Below the pieces are notes generated by a model. It was not told where the DNA came from, made no database searches, and was given only the letters and a program-made list of their open reading frames with translations. A program made the translations under genes and the position numbers. A DNA stretch of 29,236 nucleotides from Candidatus Udaeobacter sp. (GTDB lineage: Bacteria > Chloroflexota > Limnocylindria > P2-11E), in NCBI GenBank assembly GCA_035535615.1, contig DATLPP010000249.1:1-29236 (forward strand), in the 5' to 3' direction. Below, piece after piece: positions 17,135-24,593 of the stretch (positions are counted from its first letter, which is position 1; every line of letters starts with the position of its first letter).

Positions 17135-17233
17135 CTAGAAAGCTGCGATGTTCGAGCCGCTCGAAAGAGCCTTAAGAAGAAGGAGAAGGAGCCTCTCGCC
17201 TATGGATGCGGAAGCGAACGGCCAACGGGTCAT
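17135..17233 (-). CDS. Putative 32-aa leader peptide (uORF) of nrdJ
   Basis: MTRWPFASASIGERLLLLLLKALSSGSNIAAF. RBS AGAAGGAGA 5 nt before the ATG; its stop TAG abuts the nrdJ SD (TAGGGGGG). Confidence 0.35.
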   Translation of the reverse strand: MTRWPFASASIGERLLLLLLKALSSGSNIAAF

Positions 17234-17269
17234 CTGACTCTCCTTCTACCTTCCCTGATGCTGTGACCA

Positions 17270-17310
17270 CTACATCTGGGCCCAGCCGCCCGGTCAGGCC
17301 CAACATCTAG
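17270..17310. promoter_or_regulatory. Tandem NrdR boxes 1 and 2
   Basis: Cores CTACATCTGG (17270) and CAACATCTAG (17301), 31 bp apart, match the CwAtATaTwG core. Confidence 0.8.
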
Positions 17311-17324
17311 CGGCGCAAGGGCCG

Positions 17325-17353
17325 ACCGTAGACCCGTGATCTAACGATGTCAA
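17325..17353 (-). promoter_or_regulatory. sigma70-type promoter of nrdJ
   Basis: TTGACA (17353-48) - 17 nt - TACGGT (17330-25). Confidence 0.7.
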
Positions 17354-17391
17354 GATCTAGGGGTCATCACTATTACCGGCACAAAATCTGG
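17351..17391. promoter_or_regulatory. Tandem NrdR boxes 3 and 4
   Basis: Cores CAAGATCTAG (17351, overlapping the -35) and CAAAATCTGG (17382), again 31 bp apart. Confidence 0.75.
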
Positions 17392-17443
17392 TAGCAGCCG
17401 CTTCGGACTCATCACGGGCGCGACCGAAAACGGCCGCGAAGAA

Positions 17444-18724
17444 TCAGGCGGGCGAAGCCACCTGTGCGGAACGCGCGGCTTCGACGAAGGTGCGCATGCC
17501 CCTGCGCAGGTCGGCCTCGCCCATGTTGAGCGCGGGGATGAAGCGCACGACTTGATCGTGGAATCCGCACGTGATGAGCAGCACGTCGTGCTCGAGCGCC
17601 GCCGCGATCGCGGCCTTCGCAATTGACTTGTCGTCGAATTCCGCGGCGACCATCGCGCCGAAGCGACGGATCTCGCGAAGACGCGGGTGCGATCGCAGAG
17701 GTGCGAGCTCCTCGACCATGATCTGGCCAATCGTCTCGGATCTCGCGACGAGGTTCTCATCGCGAATCACTTGAAGTGTGGCGAGGCCCGACGCGCACGA
17801 GACCGGGTTACCGCCGAACGTCGAGCCATGCGTGCCCGTGCGCCAATGCTCCATACGCTCGCGTGTCGAGATGACCGCACCGAGGGGCATGCCGCCGCCA
17901 AGCGCCTTCGCCGCCGTGATGATGTCGGGAGTCACGCCGAACTTCTGCGCCGCGAACCACGCGCCCGTGCGGCCCATTCCTGTTTGAACCTCGTCAAACA
18001 CGAGGAGCGCGCCGATCTTCGTCGCGAGCTCGCGCAGCGAACGTACGAACAAGGCGGGGGCCGCCACGTAGCCGCCCTCGCCGAGCACGGGTTCGATCAC
18101 GATCGCGGCGACATGCTCCGGCGGGACTTCGTGCTCGAGCATCATCTCGAGCTCGGCGAAGCAGTGCGTCGCGCAGGCCTCCGCGTCGTGAGCGTCTGGC
18201 AGCGCGCACGCCAGCGGGTATGGGAACGGGGCGACGTACACCTCCGGGAGGAGCGCACCGTAGCCGCGGCGGTACTGAGCCTTCGACGTCGTAAGGCTCG
18301 CGGCCCCGACCGTGCGTCCGTGAAATCCGCCGCGGAACACGATGATCGCCTCGCGGCCCGTCGTCTGGCGCGACAGCTTGATGGCCCCCTCGACCGCTTC
18401 GGCGCCGCTGTTGCCGAAGAACACCGTGTCGAGGCCCCGCGGCGTGATCGTGGCGAGCTGCTCGGCGAACGCGATGCTGGATTCGTACTTCGCCACACCC
18501 GTAGAGATGTGCATGAGTCGCTGAGCCTGGTCGACGACGGCCTTCACGACCCGCGGATGCGAGTGTCCGACCGCTGTCACCGCGATGCCACAGGTCATAT
18601 CGAGGACTCGTCGACCATCGGTCGTGACGAGCCAGCTTCCCTCACCGCGCTCGACCGAGAGCCACGTGTAGTGGCCGAGGACGGGCGGGAGGACCTTTCG
18701 CGCGCGGTCTTCGAAGTCGGTCAT
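17444..18724 (-). CDS. Class III PLP aminotransferase (4-aminobutyrate aminotransferase-like)
   Basis: DMTCGIAV, NSGAEAVEGAIK, GGFHGRT, IEPVLGEGGY, FDEVQTGMGRTG, AAKALGGG (PLP Lys), STFGGNP. Start set at ATG 18724, with TAGAGT -10 box 7 nt upstream. Confidence 0.9.
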   Translation of the reverse strand: MTDFEDRARKVLPPVLGHYTWLSVERGEGSWLVTTDGRRVLDMTCGIAVTAVGHSHPRVVKAVVDQAQRLMHISTGVAKYESSIAFAEQLATITPRGLDTVFFGNSGAEAVEGAIKLSRQTTGREAIIVFRGGFHGRTVGAASLTTSKAQYRRGYGALLPEVYVAPFPYPLACALPDAHDAEACATHCFAELEMMLEHEVPPEHVAAIVIEPVLGEGGYVAAPALFVRSLRELATKIGALLVFDEVQTGMGRTGAWFAAQKFGVTPDIITAAKALGGGMPLGAVISTRERMEHWRTGTHGSTFGGNPVSCASGLATLQVIRDENLVARSETIGQIMVEELAPLRSHPRLREIRRFGAMVAAEFDDKSIAKAAIAAALEHDVLLITCGFHDQVVRFIPALNMGEADLRRGMRTFVEAARSAQVASPA

Positions 18725-18765
18725 CGCGTCCACTCTATCGGCTGGGGAGACCCGTCCGCGCGCGC

Positions 18766-19350
18766 TCATCCGGGCCGACGCTCGTCTCCCTCGGATGTGA
18801 CCAGGATCTGCAACGTCGCGCGGTCCTCGCCGATCACTCGGACGCGGTACCCGGGGACGCCGGCCCGGAGCGCCGCGGCGAGGCGATCAGTGCCCTGATA
18901 GCTGACCCGCACCTTCAGAACGCCGTGGCGGTAATACTCGGTCCGAAGCTGCCCCACCCCACGCACCTTGCGGAGCGCGAGCTCGAATCGATGCCAGTCG
19001 TCCGGCGTCGGCAGCGGCGTGACGACGAGGTCGACCTCACCCGGTCCGGGCGCCGCGCGGGGCGATGGGATGGCTGGCTCCGGCTTCCGACTCTCTTCGA
19101 CGAGCGCCTTCTGGATGATCGCGCTCTGCGCGCGATCTTCCTTCGCCGGCACGAGACGTGGCTTCGGCGCGGACGGGATCGGTCCGTCAAGCCGCGTTGT
19201 CGGCGGTGAAGGAGGTTCCTGCGGCGCGGCCGGCGCGGGCGGCGTTGGTTCGGCCGGAGTTTGGCGCGCGCCGATGCGCGCCGCCAGATCGACGACCTCG
19301 TCCTGCCCGCCGCCGGTTCCTTTGTTTTTCTTCTTGTCGTCCTTCTCCAC
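18766..19350 (-). CDS. Hypothetical protein: Pro-rich disordered N-part + compact beta-alpha-beta C-terminal domain
   Basis: GTG 19350 lies 2 nt after the upstream gene's TAA. The C-domain aligns with the C-terminus of the 19888 protein. Confidence 0.75.
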   Translation of the reverse strand: MEKDDKKKNKGTGGGQDEVVDLAARIGARQTPAEPTPPAPAAPQEPPSPPTTRLDGPIPSAPKPRLVPAKEDRAQSAIIQKALVEESRKPEPAIPSPRAAPGPGEVDLVVTPLPTPDDWHRFELALRKVRGVGQLRTEYYRHGVLKVRVSYQGTDRLAAALRAGVPGYRVRVIGEDRATLQILVTSEGDERRPG

Positions 19351-19352
19351 TT

Positions 19353-19841
19353 TTATCCCCGCAGGCGCAGCAGATACCACGCGATCGCGATCGCTATGAG
19401 CACCAGCATCACGATCGCCAGGACGATCGCCGCAGGCCAGCGGCGCACACTCGGCGCGAGCGCTCGATCGATCGCGGCACGGATCTCGACGGCGGTCGCG
19501 TCCTTTCGGAGCCAGCCCCGACCGTGCGCGAATCGCTCGGCGAGGCGCCGGCCGTCACGTGAATTGCCGGAAAGCACGATCGTCCGCATCGGAAGCACCT
19601 CCGTCCGTCCGCCCGGCACGAGCACGCCGTCCACGAGTGCGAGATCGGCGACCCAGCCGTCCAGCGCTGACGCGACCTGTTCTAGCGATTGCGCGCGCCT
19701 CACCTCGTATCGATCCTCTATCCGCAGCAGCGCTTCGAGCGCCGCGCCGATGCTTGGGTGCCCCACGACGAGCAGGACCTTCGGCCGCGTGATGCGGGGA
19801 TGATGCCCTTCCTGGCCGCAGTCGTATACGCTTTCCGACAC
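19353..19841 (-). CDS. Atypical (pseudo-)receiver domain protein with C-terminal TM anchor
   Basis: KVLLVVGHP (canonical RVLIxDDH), LALVDG, IVLSG, WLRKD receiver pattern; ends WPAAIVLAIVMLVLIAIAIAWYLLRLRG. Start uncertain. Confidence 0.7.
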   Translation of the reverse strand: MSESVYDCGQEGHHPRITRPKVLLVVGHPSIGAALEALLRIEDRYEVRRAQSLEQVASALDGWVADLALVDGVLVPGGRTEVLPMRTIVLSGNSRDGRRLAERFAHGRGWLRKDATAVEIRAAIDRALAPSVRRWPAAIVLAIVMLVLIAIAIAWYLLRLRG

Positions 19842-19887
19842 ACGCGGGGAAGTGGGCAGAGAAGCGAGCAGTCCGGAGGGTGACCGC

Positions 19888-21717
19888 GTGTCCGATGAGC
19901 CCAAGGGTCTAGGCGCGTCCGGCGACATCATCGGAGCGCTTTCCGACCGCGTCAGCGAGCTAACCAAGCGAGTCGGCTCGCTCGAGTCCGAGCTTGACTC
20001 CGCGCGCAAGCGGGTCGCGGTCTACGAGGAATTTGACGCCACCGTTCGCGACGCCCTCTCAGGCGCGCTTCGGGCGGCGCACGAGATCCGCGCCCGAGCG
20101 GAGAACGCAGCGCAGCAGATCCTCGAGCAAGCCCGTGACGAGCGGAAGATCCTGATCAAGGAGATCGAGCGGCTGCGCGAGGAGCGCGATGGCCTCGTCG
20201 ACGAGATCGCCTCGAACCGGCGCAGCGGCTTCTCCGCGCTTCGCGGTCCACGTCGCGATGCCCAATCATCGACGGCGCCCGAGAAGACGGTCGAGGAGAC
20301 GACACCGGACTCGCGAGCCCTCGCGGCGGAGGCGCTCCGCGGGGTATTTACCGAGCTGCTCGAGGACATCCGCCGTCAAGCGGGGACCGTGGCCGACGCG
20401 GCCCGCGAGGCCAACGCCGCAGCTGAGCAAGCCAAGACCGCACAGGAGCAGGCGCGCGTCGCGCAGGATGAGGCCCGCTCGGCGCAGGAAGAGGCGCGCC
20501 GCGCGCTCGAGTCCCAGCGCGCCGCCGAAGCGGAGCGCGCATCGGAGGCGGTACGGGCCGCGGAGCTCGCGCAGCAGCGCGCCGATGCGGACCGCGCCGC
20601 CGAAAGCGAGCGGGCGGCCGAGGCCACCCGTGCGGCGCAGGAAGCGATGCGGGCGGCTCAGGAAGCCGCGCGCGGAGCCGAGGTCGACCGGGCCGCGGAA
20701 GCACAGCGCGCCGCCGACGCCGCGCGCGCGGCTGAGGAAGCAATGCGCGCGGCGCAGGAGGCGGCACGTGCGGCCGGAGCGGATCGGGCAGCCGACGCGG
20801 AGCGCGCCGCTGCTGAGGCCGAGCGTGCTGTTGCTGCAGCGCGCGCCGCCGAGGATGCACGTCGCGCCGCCGACGAGGCCCGCACCGCCGACGCCGCACG
20901 TCTTGAACAGCAGCGCCGCGATGACGAGGAGCGGCGCGCCGCGAAGTGGCGCGAGGAAGAGCAACGTCGCGCCGCCCAGTGGCGCGAGGAAGAGGAGCGG
21001 CGCGATCAGCAGCGTCGCAGCGAGGACGAGCGCCTCGCCGCGCTGCGTCAGGAAGAAGAGCAGCGTCGCGCGGCGGAGCGCCAGGTCGAAGACGAGCGCC
21101 GCGAGGTGGAGGCGAGACGCGCCGAGACCGCGCGCCTCGCCGCGGAGGAGGCGCGACGCGCCGCCGCAGCCGAAGCGCTCCGCATCGCGGAGGCCGCCCG
21201 CGCCGCGGAGGCTGCGGCGCGCGCCGCGCAGGAAGCGGCTCGTGCCGCTGAGGCCGCCCGCACGCCCCGGACGCAGCCGGTGGTCGAAGAGGAGGAGGTC
21301 TTCGAGAGACCGCCCCAAAATGCCGTCGAAACCCCTCCGGCGCCGCCGGAACTGACCGTCGTGGAGCGCGAACCGGCCCAAACGGTGGCGGAATCGGAGC
21401 AACTCACCCCCGAGAGGGAGGAGGCAGCCGCTCCGACAAGCAACATTGTCCTGATGCTTTCGCCCGTCCCGTCGTTTGCGCGCCTCGTCGATATCGAACG
21501 ACGCATTCAGTCGCTGGCGCAGGTCCGTACGCTCTACGTGCGTGACTTCAGGGGAGGCGTCGCGACGCTCGCGGTCGGACTCCGCGTACCCATGCTGGTG
21601 GACGAGCTCTGGTCCGCGATCGCGACGCTAGAACAGCCGCGCTTCGCCCTGCAGCGCAGCGGCGGCACTTCCCTGGAGCTCCGCATCGAGGGCGAGGCCG
21701 GCGCCGGCGTGGCGTAG
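19888..21717 (+). CDS. DivIVA-like coiled-coil scaffold with Ala/Glu/Arg repeat rod and C-terminal compact domain
   Basis: N-terminal VYEEFDATVRDALSGALRAAHEIRARAENAAQQILEQAR resembles the DivIVA coiled coil but lacks the LTPxDI membrane-binding start. RBS GGAGG before GTG 19888. Confidence 0.75.
   Translation: MSDEPKGLGASGDIIGALSDRVSELTKRVGSLESELDSARKRVAVYEEFDATVRDALSGALRAAHEIRARAENAAQQILEQARDERKILIKEIERLREERDGLVDEIASNRRSGFSALRGPRRDAQSSTAPEKTVEETTPDSRALAAEALRGVFTELLEDIRRQAGTVADAAREANAAAEQAKTAQEQARVAQDEARSAQEEARRALESQRAAEAERASEAVRAAELAQQRADADRAAESERAAEATRAAQEAMRAAQEAARGAEVDRAAEAQRAADAARAAEEAMRAAQEAARAAGADRAADAERAAAEAERAVAAARAAEDARRAADEARTADAARLEQQRRDDEERRAAKWREEEQRRAAQWREEEERRDQQRRSEDERLAALRQEEEQRRAAERQVEDERREVEARRAETARLAAEEARRAAAAEALRIAEAARAAEAAARAAQEAARAAEAARTPRTQPVVEEEEVFERPPQNAVETPPAPPELTVVEREPAQTVAESEQLTPEREEAAAPTSNIVLMLSPVPSFARLVDIERRIQSLAQVRTLYVRDFRGGVATLAVGLRVPMLVDELWSAIATLEQPRFALQRSGGTSLELRIEGEAGAGVA
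20590..20817 (+). repeat. 96-bp (32-aa) in-frame tandem repeat, about 2.4 copies
   Basis: DRAAESERAAEATRAAQEAMRAAQEAARGAEV / DRAAEAQRAADAARAAEEAMRAAQEAARAAGA / DRAADAERAAAE, starting at 20590, 20686, 20782. Confidence 0.85.
20926..21123 (+). repeat. 33-bp (11-aa, hendecad) E/R-rich repeats x6
   Basis: EERRAAKWREE / EQRRAAQWREE / EERRDQQRRSE / DERLAALRQEE / EQRRAAERQVE / DERREVEARRA. Confidence 0.75.
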
Positions 21718-21726
21718 GGCCTCACG

Positions 21727-23880
21727 TTGACGCTCCGACTCGACGCTGACTTCTGGAACGCGCGCATGGCGTACCTCGCGAAGGTCGCACGCGCCGACGC
21801 GATCGCCGTGATCCTGAATCTGAAAGGCGAGGGCTACGCGACGTACGTCGCCCATAACCTTCCGAACGAGACCAAATGGACCGAGGGCTTGCCGGCCGCG
21901 ATGCTCACGAAGGCGTTGGCCGACCGTGCCTCCGACCAGGCGACGAGCGGTGTGAGGCTCATGCTCTCGGACGGCCGCGCCGCTGACACGCTGGGCGTCG
22001 CTCCGGTGGTGTGGAAAGACCAGGTCGTCGGGGGTCTGGCCGCGATGCTCGTCGGTCGTGCCTTCACGCCGGAGGATCTGACCGCGCTGACTCGGGTCGG
22101 GGACCTCATCGGCCTCGAGCTCGCGGAGGCGAACGCGCTCTGGCGCGCGCAACGGCAAGGGCAGGACGCCGAGGCGAAGCTCAAAGCGTCGCGTGACCTC
22201 CAGGCGATCATCCGCAAGGAGCGCGACCCCGAACAGCTCCTCGAGCGCGCCACGGCGCAGCTCGCAGACGTGTTCGGTGCCGATGGCGTGTCGATCATGC
22301 TCGCGGACGCGCAGGGCGAGCTGTCGGTGCGGACGTCGCGCGGCCTCTCGGATGCCGCGAAGCTGGATCGCAAACGCATCGGTGAAGGCATCTCCGGCAC
22401 GGTCGCGCAGACCGGGCGGTCGATGCTCCTCTCGGGCCACGTGCAGGGTGGCTCAGACCCGACCGCGAGCGAATCGATGATCGCGCCGCTCCGGTCCAAC
22501 GGCCGCACGCTGGGCGTCGTCAACGTGAAGCATCGCGCGTCGCAGGAGCGCTACGGCCAGACCCAGGTGGACTCGCTCACGCAGGCGGCGTCTGAGATCG
22601 CGGCGGCGTACCTCACCGCCGGTGAATTCCAACGCGCCGAGGAGGATCGGCGCCAGGCACTCGTGCTGTACGAGCTCTCTCGTTTCGCGACGCTCGGAAA
22701 CGACCCGCACAACGACCTCGAGAGCGCGGTTGCCATGCTCGCCGACAACCTGCGTCACGACGCCGTCGGCGTGTGGGCCGCGGAGGAGCATCACCTGCAC
22801 CTTCGTGCCGCGACCGGCTACGGCGACGTCATTCCCTCCGACATCTCGACATCGGGCACCGACACGGTGCTGGCGCAGGTGCTCCGCGAACGACGCACCG
22901 CGACGGCGCAGTACGGCATGGCCGAGGATCGCCCGGACTGGGCCGCGCCGTCGTCGACGCATTTCCTGCTCGCACCGATCGGGGGCGCGCAGGCCGGGGC
23001 CGTGCTCGGCGTCCTCGTCCTCGGGCGTGCGACGACGCCGTACACCGCGGCGGAGGCCGACTTCGTCGCGACGCTCGGCGAGTACCTCTCCGGAATGCTG
23101 CAGAAATCCGCATCGACCGACCTCGTGCAGCGCGCCGCGTCGAACGAGCGGCGCCGCATCTCGCAGGAGCTACACGACGGCGTCGCGCAGGAGCTGACCG
23201 GCGTCGTGCTCGCGCTCGAAGGCTGCCAGCGGGCGCTCGACCGCGACCCGAGCGCGCTCGGGCCGCAGCTCGCGAAGGCGGCCCGCGATGCGCGCGCGAC
23301 CCTCTCGGACGTCCGCCAGTACATGGCGGCGCTGCGGCAGACTGAAGAGACCGGGGGGCTCAACCTGCCGGTGACCGTCGCGCGCCTTGCGGACGACCTG
23401 CGCCGGCAGAGCGGGCTGGCCGTCGACTTCGAGGAGACAGGCTCGGAGCGGCCTCTCGAGCCATTCGTCGAGCGCGCGGTCATCCGGATCATCGGCGAAG
23501 GCTTGCGGAACGTGGGACAGCATTCGGGCGCGTCGAACGCGAAAGTCATCCTTCGCTATGACGCCGAGCAGGTCGTCGCGACGATCGAGGACGACGGCAA
23601 GGGCTTCGAGTCGAACGAGCTGCAGACCGCCGAGGAGCGCGGGCACTACGGCATCGTCGGAATGCGCGAACGCGCCGAGGGCGTGGGCGGGCAGCTCGTG
23701 GTGCGCAGCGAGCCCGGCCGCGGGACCATCGTCCGCGCGACAATTCCCTACCGCGTCACGGTCGACGGAGCACCGCCCGGCTGGACCGACACGGTCGAGG
23801 ACACCGATCAGCACGGGGCGATCGAGGATCTCGAACGAACCGAAAAGGCGAGCTTCCTCGGTAGGCTCTTCGGCCGATGA
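21727..23880 (+). CDS. Soluble triple-GAF histidine kinase (HisKA_3/HATPase, NarX/DesK class) with C-terminal amphipathic tail
   Basis: Three GAF-like segments, H-box ERRRISQELHDGVAQ, N-box EGLRNVGQH, G1 EDDGKGF, G2 GIVGMRER. No TM helix. Ends EKASFLGRLFGR. Confidence 0.93.
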   Translation: MTLRLDADFWNARMAYLAKVARADAIAVILNLKGEGYATYVAHNLPNETKWTEGLPAAMLTKALADRASDQATSGVRLMLSDGRAADTLGVAPVVWKDQVVGGLAAMLVGRAFTPEDLTALTRVGDLIGLELAEANALWRAQRQGQDAEAKLKASRDLQAIIRKERDPEQLLERATAQLADVFGADGVSIMLADAQGELSVRTSRGLSDAAKLDRKRIGEGISGTVAQTGRSMLLSGHVQGGSDPTASESMIAPLRSNGRTLGVVNVKHRASQERYGQTQVDSLTQAASEIAAAYLTAGEFQRAEEDRRQALVLYELSRFATLGNDPHNDLESAVAMLADNLRHDAVGVWAAEEHHLHLRAATGYGDVIPSDISTSGTDTVLAQVLRERRTATAQYGMAEDRPDWAAPSSTHFLLAPIGGAQAGAVLGVLVLGRATTPYTAAEADFVATLGEYLSGMLQKSASTDLVQRAASNERRRISQELHDGVAQELTGVVLALEGCQRALDRDPSALGPQLAKAARDARATLSDVRQYMAALRQTEETGGLNLPVTVARLADDLRRQSGLAVDFEETGSERPLEPFVERAVIRIIGEGLRNVGQHSGASNAKVILRYDAEQVVATIEDDGKGFESNELQTAEERGHYGIVGMRERAEGVGGQLVVRSEPGRGTIVRATIPYRVTVDGAPPGWTDTVEDTDQHGAIEDLERTEKASFLGRLFGR

Positions 23881-24560
23881 CGGAGGCTCGGAGGATCCGC
23901 GTCCTGATCGCCGACGACCACGCGCTCGTCCGGAGCGGCCTGCGGTCAATCCTCGACACCGAGCCGGAGATCGAGGTCGTCGGCGAGGCCGGCGACGGGC
24001 ACGAGGCGCTCGCGATGGCCCAAGAGCTTCTTCCCGACGTGATCCTGATGGACATCAAGATGGGCGACTGGGACGGAGTGACCGCGACGCGGCGCGTCCG
24101 CAATTCCGTTCCATCGTCGCGGGTGATCGTTCTCACGAACTACGACGAGGACGAGCTGGTGTTCAGCTCGATCCGCGCCGGCGCGTCGGGATACCTATTG
24201 AAAGAAGTCACCGGCAGCCAGCTCACGAACGCGATTCGTACCGTTGCCGACGGCTTTTCGCTCATCTACCCATCCGTGGCGAAACGTGTGCTCGACGAGT
24301 TCGGACGGCTGCGCGGCGGCGATCGCGCGGCCGGGGACGACGAGGGCTACAGCGATCTTACGGCTCGCGAACGCGAGGTACTGAAGCTCGTCGCGAGCGG
24401 CCGCGCGAACAAGGAGATCGCCGCGACGCTCGGGATCAGCGAGCGCACGGTGAAGACCCACATCTCGAACATCTTCAGCAAGCTCGAGCTCACCGACCGC
24501 ACGCAGGCCGCGCTCTACGTCCACAACCGTGGCCTCGTGGAGAAGGACCCAATCCGCTAG
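23877..24560 (+). CDS. NarL/LuxR-family response regulator
   Basis: VLIADDH, LMDIKM, LTNY, YLLKE, HTH LTAREREVLKLVASGRANKEIAATLGISERTVKTH. ATGA overlap with the kinase stop. Confidence 0.95.
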   Translation: MTEARRIRVLIADDHALVRSGLRSILDTEPEIEVVGEAGDGHEALAMAQELLPDVILMDIKMGDWDGVTATRRVRNSVPSSRVIVLTNYDEDELVFSSIRAGASGYLLKEVTGSQLTNAIRTVADGFSLIYPSVAKRVLDEFGRLRGGDRAAGDDEGYSDLTAREREVLKLVASGRANKEIAATLGISERTVKTHISNIFSKLELTDRTQAALYVHNRGLVEKDPIR

Positions 24561-24593
24561 CGTCCGTGCGCGATCCGCGTCTAGAGTGCCGTC

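Noticed and set aside
17225-17270. Cobalamin-riboswitch-like words in the nrdJ leader (GTCACAG...GGGAAGG...GAGTCAGATGACC)
   Set aside because: Resembles only the 3' B12-box half. The 5' half is absent, and the predicted TSS (~17318) leaves no room for a full aptamer. A cmscan would settle it.
17444-18724. Calling the aminotransferase lysJ/argD because lysW/lysX are in the window
   Set aside because: It is 17 kb away, and its motifs (EPVLGEGGY, long substrate loop) look more GabT-like; substrate unresolved.
20590-21123. Tandem DNA repeats as a CRISPR array
   Set aside because: In-frame degenerate coding repeats with no unique spacers and no cas genes.
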